In this document: positions 1-8,620 of the stretch, piece after piece
How positions within the stretch are numbered: the stretch's first letter is position 1
How the letters are laid out: every line of letters begins with the position of its first letter
From: Basidiobolus ranarum
Taxonomy: Eukaryota
Direction of reading: 5' to 3'
Assembly (NCBI GenBank): GCA_040143965.1
Contig: JASJQH010006942.1
Coordinates: 1-34,246 of the forward strand
Length of the DNA: 34,246 nt
Position numbers and translations under genes: made by a program
The notes under the pieces: model-generated
The model's input: the letters and a program-made list of their open reading frames with translations, nothing else
Told to the model about the DNA's origin: nothing
Database searches by the model: none

Positions 1-6
1 CCATAT

Positions 7-111
7 TCTGAGAATATGATATTACCGAATTGAATTGATCTGAGAATATGATATTACCGAATTGAATTGATCTGAGAATATGATATTACCGAATTGAATT
101 GATCTGAGAAT
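7..111. repeat. Tandem repeat, 32-bp unit TCTGAGAATATGATATTACCGAATTGAATTGA, about 3.3 perfect copies
   Basis: Identical units at 7-38, 39-70 and 71-102, plus a partial unit at 103-111. Confidence 0.95.
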
Positions 112-372
112 TCGTCACTCACTTTCCCAGTCCATCATCTGAGTAGGAGTTTTAAACAAGTCCACATGGAATTTAAATGGCTATTTAGTACATTTATTAG
201 GGGGTTTCTTTACTAATGCAAGAGATTAACAAACCATCACTAATACGACATATGTTAATCAAGCTTCATTAATGTAAATAGGTGAGAATATCAAAAGAAT
301 AAAATTTACTAGCAAAGATGTAGTGAAAACATGGCTACAAGAAATATATATGTAAATTAAGCAAAAGTTGAC

Positions 373-1776
373 CTAAGTTATTATACTGTGCAACTCGTAA
401 TCTTGATTAGCTTGGTACGCAGCAATAGGTTGGAATTCTTGTTGTAAGTAACGTTTAAAGGTGTGCTGATACATCAACAACTTCACCTCGGTCAAAGCCG
501 TTTCAAACATATCTATAGAATAATCCCTGTCTCGAATACGAATCTCAATTTCACGCAGTGTCTCCCCCCGTAAATTCACTTGGTACTCCGAATCGTCCCG
601 AATGAATGTATTGTAAATGGACGATAATTCATTCTGAATTTCACTTGGCAATCCTCTCGTGAGGAAATTCTTTACCAGGATGGAGGGAGTGGTCTTGAGG
701 CGTACGTAACGTTCGTAGAATAGTGTATTCTCTACACTGAAATCTTTCACTGAAAATGCCTTGAACTTCTCAAAAAGCACTGGATGGTCGAGGACTTCCT
801 CAAACGATGGATGCTTTCGATCCCGAGGTAGATTCTTGGAACGTTGATTAGTCATATAAATTTCGATAAGAGGAAGCCCACAATTTAACAAGTGAATGCT
901 CCAAAGTGTAATAAAGCCCCACACTCCCACCGGTACAGTGTATCTTACTTCGTATACTGGAGGTATATAAGCAAAAATGAGATAGATACACATTCCAATC
1001 CCTGTCGTCAGGACAATAGTAACCAACTCTTTAACGATATTATAAGCATCACTTACACCGCGGATATATTGGATTACAATAGGGCCCAAGATAAAAATCT
1101 CACAGGATCCTACTACGTAGACTGGGATGAACTCCCACCCAGAGAGGCAGTCATCTCTCAAAGGAGCAGAGAAGCTATAATCTTTAGTCAAACATTGGAT
1201 CACTATTGTCATGCCCAAGTGAAACAATGTCATGCCAGCAAGGATACGTATTAAAAATCGATCCTCAAAGATGTAGGAATGTAAATGTAGCCATGAACTA
1301 TTGATTTCAGATTCGGAGTTAGATTTCAGGTTTGTGGAGGAGTCAACGGTTAGCAGGATGTCAGAAGGTTCGAACATATGCTCTTTTTGGGAGGAAATTG
1401 AAGAAGGCTTGTTTTTTTCTTTCTGATCCTCCATACGCTGACGTTCGGCCTTTAGCTTACTCAGAGATGTTCTATATAAGAAGGAGACTCTTAGAAACTT
1501 CCCGATGGTAGTCAGCAAAATAACTGGAGTCAAGACGGAGCCGCACCATAAGGTGACAAAACATGGTACAAATTGAGTTAAAGGCCCGACAAGATATACA
1601 CTGGAGAGAAAGAAACTGGCTACCACGCCAATAAATGTAATAGGAATGCTTCTTGATCTGACACCTGGGTGATCTCGATATTTCCAGAAATAAGTACTTG
1701 TTGTTAACACAGAGATAAGGTAAATAGCATATGTAGTATAAACAACTGAGGCGACCCCGGCTGCGGATCGGGCCAT
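373..1776 (-). CDS. 7-transmembrane protein fused to a C-terminal RGS domain (GprK/AtRGS1-like architecture), intronless
   Basis: First ATG in the ORF is at 1776 (MARSAAG...). Seven hydrophobic segments, then RGS motifs FEEVLDHP..FKAFSVKDFSVENTLFY and IYNTFI..SEYQVNL..MFE.A..EV..LM...TF.RY; TAG at 373-375. Confidence 0.88.
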   Translation of the reverse strand: MARSAAGVASVVYTTYAIYLISVLTTSTYFWKYRDHPGVRSRSIPITFIGVVASFFLSSVYLVGPLTQFVPCFVTLWCGSVLTPVILLTTIGKFLRVSFLYRTSLSKLKAERQRMEDQKEKNKPSSISSQKEHMFEPSDILLTVDSSTNLKSNSESEINSSWLHLHSYIFEDRFLIRILAGMTLFHLGMTIVIQCLTKDYSFSAPLRDDCLSGWEFIPVYVVGSCEIFILGPIVIQYIRGVSDAYNIVKELVTIVLTTGIGMCIYLIFAYIPPVYEVRYTVPVGVWGFITLWSIHLLNCGLPLIEIYMTNQRSKNLPRDRKHPSFEEVLDHPVLFEKFKAFSVKDFSVENTLFYERYVRLKTTPSILVKNFLTRGLPSEIQNELSSIYNTFIRDDSEYQVNLRGETLREIEIRIRDRDYSIDMFETALTEVKLLMYQHTFKRYLQQEFQPIAAYQANQDYELHSIIT

Positions 1777-2130
1777 GGCAAAATATTGAAGGAAAATCAA
1801 AGTAATCCTGAAGAGATGAGATAGTTATATACTGATACAACAATAGAATAGGAGCAACATCTTGCCTTTCGTGGACTTCATTCTCTGCCAGCTACACCCT
1901 ATCCTAACTTAATAGTGGTGAAAACGTTTATCCCGAATCGTACTGATATTGTTGAAATTTAGGGAGTAGTGATGCTTCAGTTATCTGGCATAAGGCAGTA
2001 TTTCACCAAACTGGGTAGTTAGGACCAGTACATCACAAACACTATATAATGTCAGCAATTTACCTTCTTATGCCTTTAACTTGTTCTACGAAAAACACTC
2101 TCCCTGTTTATTGAATATACAGCCATATTC

Positions 2131-3005
2131 ATAAATGGGACTCAGGAGTCTGATATGAAGAATTTCATCAAAGCCAGGCTCGTCATTCAATGTACAGACG
2201 TAATTTGCATTCAAGAGCCAGTCACCATCAATGTATGATCTTCAGTTACCACTTCTTGCCGCCACCCACCTACTCATTGATCATCCCAACCTGGATCACC
2301 TATTATGATAACGCGACCAAAGAAACTACTGTCTGTACCAATTGGCCATTAGGCTTAACGACTCCTCACTTCGTCTTGATTAACAAACCAGTGTCTGAGA
2401 CAGGGGGAGTCATTTGCTCAATAACTATATACTGCACTTTGACCTCCTCAAACATGGTTACTTGACCACTTAACAAAGGATTAAACCGATTGGATGTTAA
2501 ATAAGATTTATTGACTGTGCCAACAAATATATGCAACTTCCGAAAATATCACCAATTAAAAACATCATCCGTACATAGGATCAACTTCTTCTAGGCCATG
2601 AAGTTTCAGCCTGGCGATATTGATATTCAAAGATGGATTGTGTGCTACTCGAAGAAAGGAAGCCACGTTACAATTAATCTTAAACTTCAAGGTGTTCTAG
2701 AAGAAGATGAGCCAAAAATTAACATGTCTATCTAGAACCTTTCCATCCCATTTTTCGCCAATTTTCCTAACACCTTTCTAGACCAGTGTCCACATCGACT
2801 CTTGAAGCATCTTACATGTTTCGTTCTAGTTTATTCAATTCTGGAGAGAAAATCAACTTATCTGCCCTCGGGTATTATTTTATTAGCAGAGTGCAAACTT
2901 GTGCCTGAGATGCAATCATTACGATATCCAATGAATAATCGGACACTAAACCAGTTGAAGAGTTTCAGTCACCTTTATATGGATAGAATAATCCCTACTG
3001 ATCAT
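2131..3005 (+). mobile_element. Highly degenerate non-LTR retrotransposon (L1/Tx1-like) APE endonuclease relic
   Basis: Collinear motif remnants across stops and frameshifts: ING(LRS) 2131, DVICIQEP 2197-2220, QIYA 2524-2535, GD 2613, TF..HID 2791-2799, TDH 2997-3005. Tyr-to-Asp (~29 codons) and Asp-to-Asp (~60 codons) spacing resembles L1 EN Y115/D145/D205. Confidence 0.5.
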
Positions 3006-3113
3006 TCTAGGTAGAGATCCAGCTATCCAGAATTTATCATGTGCATTGGAATGAAATATCAGCTAATTTAAACAATATCGCAGAATTATACTCTTATCTC
3101 TTTATTAGGACAT

Positions 3114-3450
3114 CCAATCAACAGCGAATTACTATCCGCAATAATTGACTGTCGTTGTTATAATTAGTAATTTCCCTATTGACCAATCACTCACAGTAAT
3201 TGGGCTAATAGTACTGAGCACAAAAAACAAGCATTCTTTCAGAATTCCCAACATGTGCAAACTCATTTACTTGTAATAATATTAGCTGAATGAGGTGAAC
3301 GTAATTCCTCGTCAGACCATAACAAACCAATCAGCTCTGGAAGTCCATTGAGCGGAAATCAACAACCCCCAATTAATGCACTGATGTTCATAAGGTGGTA
3401 GTGCACAGTAGATTTACTTAAGATTACAACCACCAAGCTCTCATATAAAT
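3114..3450 (+). promoter_or_regulatory. Promoter of Ecl1-like copy 1: three CCAATCA boxes, a TTAGTAA (YRE-like) site and a TATA box
   Basis: CCAATCA at 3114, 3183 and 3327; TTAGTAA 3164-3170; TATAAA about 55 nt upstream of ATG 3501. Confidence 0.45.
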
Positions 3451-3500
3451 TCACGAACGATTGCTTCATTGCATACAACATTACTCAATATTCACTCACA

Positions 3501-3818
3501 ATGGATTCTGACTGGTGTACTTTCTGTGGCAAACATGTTGAAACTTCTGGACACTTGTACTGTAGTGATATCTGCCATCATAAAGATCGCATTTCTGGAT
3601 CAACTGATCACATCAGATCCCTCAATATCACATCTGGTGCTGGAACCACTTTAAGTAATCGCCGAATTGCTACAGTCACTCCGGTTGATGAGCCACCATT
3701 CACTCTCCGATTGCATAAGAGAAATAATTCCGTCCTTCCAATCATGCCTAAAGGATATCCAACAATTAGGCGATCTGGCATCCATACATCTCTCCGATTG
3801 ACCGTCTCAGTTTACTAG
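3501..3818 (+). CDS. ecl1: Ecl1/2/3-family (life-span regulatory factor) zinc-binding small protein, copy 1, 105 aa
   Basis: MDSDWCTFCGK..LYCSDICHHKD matches the CxxC...LYCSxxC..D Ecl1 signature; the C-terminal motif PFTLxLHKxNNxxLPIMPKGYPTI is shared with copy 2 with many synonymous changes. Confidence 0.85.
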   Translation: MDSDWCTFCGKHVETSGHLYCSDICHHKDRISGSTDHIRSLNITSGAGTTLSNRRIATVTPVDEPPFTLRLHKRNNSVLPIMPKGYPTIRRSGIHTSLRLTVSVY

Positions 3819-3930
3819 TAGCAAGCCAATACGCAAGTTTCTAACTCTGTTCATGTTTATTTTGTATAGTTTTTTTGTTTTCATACTTCTCCTCCAAACT
3901 TACTATGGAACCTCGATAGATGATAGTAGC

Positions 3931-4319
3931 TCCATTCGAACTCAAACCCCTTTCTGAGTATCGTTGGAACTTGCTTCATTGATGAATCACAGTTGCTTCA
4001 TAGATTTGATGGTCATGACAAACCCAGACATTCAATCAGCACTGCAAAGTGTTGAGTCTACTACCAAGGGGTTGGTAGTAGAGCACCAGTAACATTGTAA
4101 TTGGTATGTCAAATCATGAAAGCAATGCCAGAGGCTCCGAGTCCTTTTCCAACAATGATTACAATGCATACATGGCCCATTTGTAAAGCATCACTATAGC
4201 ATACATTCGTACATACTGCAAAGTATGCACGCTTGTATTGATAACAACATATTTCACAGAAATAGAGCAGTTCCTTTTTTCAACAAAAGGTACGGTATAG
4301 TTGGAAAAGAGTAAGTACA
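3931..4319 (+). ncRNA. Candidate structured RNA element downstream of Ecl1-like copy 1 (3'UTR element or processed ncRNA; family unknown)
   Basis: 3 substitutions in 389 nt versus 5538-5926. Stems at 3993-4010/4108-4125, 4036-4043/4048-4055 (GCAA loop), 4057-4065/4074-4082, 4085-4090/4100-4105, 4144-4153/4300-4309 and 4201-4217/4222-4238 (GCAA loop). G.U pairs favour the + strand. Confidence 0.6.
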
Positions 4320-4445
4320 AACATATTTCAAGTTTATTTTTGGTCATTCTACTATATATGTGTGAGTAAGGTAAAGTTCAGGATTTATTATTAGACAAGT
4401 TTGAGGTGTCTGACATCGATGACAACCATATCGTGGTGAAAGGAT

Positions 4446-4509
4446 CGATTATCTTAGCATTTACATTTCAATAAAGACGATTATCTTAGCATTTACATTT
4501 CAATAAAGA
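4446..4509. repeat. Perfect 32-bp direct tandem duplication CGATTATCTTAGCATTTACATTTCAATAAAGA x2
   Basis: 4446-4477 = 4478-4509; lies right after the end of the segment shared with the copy-2 locus. Confidence 0.95.
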
Positions 4510-4817
4510 TATCAAATCAAAAAATTCCATTATCCTTACAAATTGTAGCGTTGTGAAGCAAATAAAAAATGTGCCGTTATCATAGAAAAAAGAAATACTG
4601 AACACAAAAAAATATATTTAGTAAATTGCTACTATATTAGTAAAAGCCATATTTTACCCGTCTTGATCATCCTGTCCGCAATGATGAATTTCTGATCTTT
4701 AGGCACTGTTCTATCCATTATTATTGGTTAAATCTATGGGTATACCGAAAAGAGATGGAAAACCCTAGAAGAGATTAGCAACTTCGAGTGACAGGGAATG
4801 TCGTAGAATTCTCATAA

Positions 4818-4952
4818 CCAATCATTCTTGATAATTATGAGGTTGACGATTATGATTGACTGCAAATTACATATTTAGTAAATCAAAGCCCCAATCACTG
4901 GCTTGAAAGAAAAACCACATGGGATCCCTGGGCATTTATGCTTCATATAAAT
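4818..4952 (+). promoter_or_regulatory. Promoter of Ecl1-like copy 2: CCAATCA boxes, TTAGTAA and TATA box
   Basis: CCAATCA at 4818 and 4891; TTAGTAA 4875-4881; TATAAA about 90 nt upstream of ATG 5035. Confidence 0.45.
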
Positions 4953-5034
4953 ATGGTTTACAAGCCCATAGAGCTGTACTGACAATCTTCTCAATCAACA
5001 CTTTCTGTTCTATCTACTTCACAACATATCAAAA

Positions 5035-5412
5035 ATGGATTCTGACTGGTGTACTTTCTGTGGCAAACATGTTGAAACTTCTGGACTTCTCTACTGTGGT
5101 GAGATTTGTCGCCAGAAGGATCGCATTGCCGGCTCAACCTTGGCTATCAAGGCTAACACTGCCAAACCAATCATCAATACCCTGTCTGCTACTGCCACTT
5201 TCAGCAACAGCAGCCTCAAGTCCAAGCTCCAAGCTACTTTCACAAACGGAAAACTGAATGTCTCGGATTCCAAATCAACAATCAACGAAATTCCATTCAC
5301 ATTGAAGCTTCACAAGAAGAACAACGCGATTCTGCCGATCATGCCCAAGGGATATCCAACAATTATGAAATCAGCCATCCGTCCTCAACGCTACTCAATT
5401 ATTGCTTACTAG
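5035..5412 (+). CDS. ecl1: Ecl1/2/3-family zinc-binding small protein, copy 2, 125 aa
   Basis: MDSDWCTFCGK..LYCGEICRQKD; first 52 nt identical to copy 1; shared C-terminal LPIMPKGYPTI motif. Confidence 0.85.
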   Translation: MDSDWCTFCGKHVETSGLLYCGEICRQKDRIAGSTLAIKANTAKPIINTLSATATFSNSSLKSKLQATFTNGKLNVSDSKSTINEIPFTLKLHKKNNAILPIMPKGYPTIMKSAIRPQRYSIIAY

Positions 5413-5537
5413 ATTCGAAACGCGCAAGTCTCATCATGAATATTAACCAACTTTTTTAGTTTTCTTTTTGTATATTCACATTGTTAAATACTCACCCTCT
5501 AAATTAAGTATTCCGGACCTCGATAGATGTAAGCAGT

Positions 5538-5926
5538 TCCATTCGAACTCAAACCCCTTTCTGAGTATCGTTGGAACTTGCTTCATTGATGAATCACAGT
5601 TGCTTCATAGATTTGATGATCATGACAAACCCAGACATTCAATCAGCACTGCAAAGTGTTGAGTCTACTACCAAGGGGTTGGTAGTAGAGCACCAATAAC
5701 ATCGTAATTGGTATGTCAAATCATGAAAGCAATGCCAGAGGCTCCGAGTCCTTTTCCAACAATGATTACAATGCATACATGGCCCATTTGTAAAGCATCA
5801 CTATAGCATACATTCGTACATACTGCAAAGTATGCACGCTTGTATTGATAACAACATATTTCACAGAAATAGAGCAGTTCCTTTTTTCAACAAAAGGTAC
5901 GGTATAGTTGGAAAAGAGTAAGTACA
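5538..5926 (+). ncRNA. Second copy of the candidate structured RNA element, downstream of Ecl1-like copy 2
   Basis: Offset +1607 from copy 1 with the same stems; ends at GTAAGT 5918-5923. Confidence 0.6.
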
Positions 5927-6543
5927 GATATATTTTAACAATATATTGGGTCATCCCACCATATACGTGCGCTATAGCAGCGCACGAAGTAAGGTAAAGT
6001 TCTGGGTTTATTATTATAACGGTTTGAGGTGTCTAACATCGACGACAACCATATGGTGGTGAAAGGGTTGAGTATACTTTTTCGTTCTTTTTTTAAATAA
6101 AAATTATTTCCAACAAATTCATTGATTAGTAATATTTTTATTCGTATGATCTTATTTAAATATAGCGCTTGGCATCGAGGGTGTCATAGATAATATGTGA
6201 TACAAAAATTTAGGCCAGTTAAATTGATATTTGGTTCCAATATTAATAGACTAATCGCGCATTATACAAAGTAAACAAATTGTCACCTAGCCATAATATA
6301 CGTGTACTTCATTTAATACCAAATCAAATTTAGAGATCTGGACCAATTGGGTGAACCTTACTAGTCAAGATTTTTAGTAATTGTGAGGTAGCAATATTCA
6401 GTAATGCTATTAACATTAGACACCAAGAAGTAAGCCTTTATTTTATCCCCAATCAATAAACGCCGAACTTTTATAGTTTATTTCTTTGAAAGCTTCAAAA
6501 TTCATTGTTAACGGATCCAGAAACTTTGACCAAATCATTCAGA

Positions 6544-7926
6544 ATGCAACTTAATATCGAACCATCTACTCAACTTTCTTTCAGAAGTAAGTTTTCTGTT
6601 TTCATCTATGGCGATTCAATTGTTCGTGTTTATTCATCTGATATTCATGTTTTCTTTATCTAGGACCTTTAACTACCTTGACTCAAGATATATTAGTTTT
6701 ACGAAATGACTCCCAAGAACCAATAGCTTTCAAGGTAAAAACCACGGCTCCTAAGCAGTACTGTGTACGTCCTAATGCTGGCAGAATTGAGAGTGGACAA
6801 GAAGTTCAAGTACAAGGTACTTTGCGATGTTTTCTATAGCAGTGAATACTATATTGAATACGACGCCTAATCTTGCTATTTCTACAGTCATCTTGCAACC
6901 TTTGAAAGAAGATCCTCCTCTGGATTTCAAATGCAAGGACAAGTTCCTTGTTCAAAGCATTGCCATCACTCCTGATAAGGAGACTCAAAATCTTCAAGAC
7001 TTGGTAACTCCTTTGCTTATCATCTGGATAATGTTGAATATCTTACTTACTTCTATCACCTATACTCCTGGTCAATAATAGTGGAACTCTGTTGAAAAGA
7101 CTGACAAAAATAGCATCAGTGAGCGTAAACTTCGCTGTTCCTATCTTCCTCCTGTTGTTCAAGGCGAGGTTTGTTATTTAAATTTGATGACTTTCTGTTT
7201 CATTGTCTGAAATATAATGTGAATAATTAGGAAGAAGCTACTGCAAACAATCCTAATGAATATCGTTTCCCTCCCACCTACCAGGAATCTGCCACCGCCG
7301 GTATTGCTGTTAGCGAATCATCGGGTGCCTCACCTATAGCTAGTTCTCCAATTGAACCTCAATCCTATCCTCCTGTTTTGCCTAATACCGGAGATAGCGT
7401 GTTAGACAAATTTTCTACCAGTAAAGGCGAGATTAGCAAGGTAACGAAGCCAAAGTTGAATGACGTAAATGGATTTTTGTTCACACTTTAATATTCATAG
7501 AGTGATTATATCTCCGACGACCAGGAAATCCAAAACTTGAGAAGCGACTTAACACAAGTAATTAACTGGATGTTATTAGTTGACATTGATATTCAGACGT
7601 ATTAATCCTTCTATATCTAGGCTAAATTAAGAATTCAAACATTAGAGAGTCAGTTGAATGAAAGCAGTAATGAAACAAGTACCATTAGAAACGTATGTAC
7701 TCCTCATTTGAAGTCCTCAAATTCTTGTAAGCTAACATTTGAATATGGTTCGCAGCGTCAACAAACTGTTTCTGCAAATGAGTCACTCAAGGATGTATCA
7801 GTACCAAAAATTCATGCTCACACAAGTTCTTTGTTACTTCAGCCATACAGCGATCAAACATTCCCACTACAGTTGGTGGTGGTCATCTCGGTCGCTTCTT
7901 TCTTGTTAGGAGCTGTTATCTTTTAG
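6544..7926 (+). CDS. SCS2: VAMP-associated protein (MSP domain, coiled coil, C-terminal TM), multi-exon
   Basis: Spliced reading gives MQLNIEPSTQLSFRRPLT..IAFKVKTTAPKQYCVRPNAG (VAP signature) and CKDKFLVQS; tail anchor LVVVISVASFLLGAVIF*; GT-AG introns. Confidence 0.92.
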
Positions 7927-8620
7927 TTTGACTCGATGAATAGGAATTCATGAACATATTATATTTCAGTCCCAGCTTTAGTCCCAGTTCACCTACATCC
8001 TTCTCATTTTCTTTACTTCAATTTGAGTGGTTGGCTGTTGAGAGTTGTACTTGCTCTCACGCGATCAATATTTACACAAACCAATGAATCAGTGCAAGAA
8101 TGTTTATCGACTTTTCGCTATGTTACTCGCTAGCAGATAGCAGAGAATAAATTAAGCCTTTCACCGAAATATTAAATTCATACTGATGGCCCTATTTTAG
8201 CATCTTAGCTAGTGATCATCCGGCCTTTCTTTTCATCATCTTCCTTAACAAGGATTGACTTGATGTATTCTATGTAGAGAGCAGATCTTATCTGTTATAT
8301 GAGTATGAGTGACCAATACCTGTTTATTTTGTGAGGGGAGTTGGTTTAAACCAATGATACCGGGCTAGATTTAAATCATCTTCTATGTGAAGTGGGTGAA
8401 ATTAAGATCTTACATAATCAAGAGAGGTTTATGATGATAAAGGTGTATTAGTATTCAAGTGTCGTCATCAAAAATAGGAAATATTCTGTTAGGACTACCA
8501 CCAACCTGGCTAAGAACTGTAAGAGGTCCAAGTTTAGCAATACCAAAACCAATACCAGAAAACGAATTTGAAAAACCCCCTACTTTTTCATTTCAAGTTA
8601 ACTTGGTCAACTACTTACTC

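Noticed and set aside
7-111. CRISPR array or TPP riboswitch (CTGAGA...TACCG...TTGATCTG resemblance)
   Set aside because: No spacers or cas genes, and the host is eukaryotic; the TPP GATAATACCAGCG part and P1/P2 helices are missing
1777-1860. Upstream TTG or ATG start for the 7TM-RGS gene
   Set aside because: TTG starts are a prokaryotic ORF-caller artefact; ATG 1860 meets a stop after 11 codons and would need an implausibly short intron
3931-4319. Assignment of the element to U1/U2/U4/U5/U11/U12, U3, SRP, RNase P/MRP, snR30 or a hammerhead ribozyme
   Set aside because: Only fragmentary resemblances (ACTTAC on the minus strand, TTGATGA, GAAA, terminal ACA); no Sm site, no P4 pairing, and no correctly spaced CUGANGA/GAAA core
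4159-4347. 62-aa minus-strand ORF, duplicated at 5766-5954
   Set aside because: Its identity simply follows the DNA identity of the element; no recognisable domain; G.U pairs and GNRA loops point to a + strand RNA. Not fully excluded without ribosome profiling
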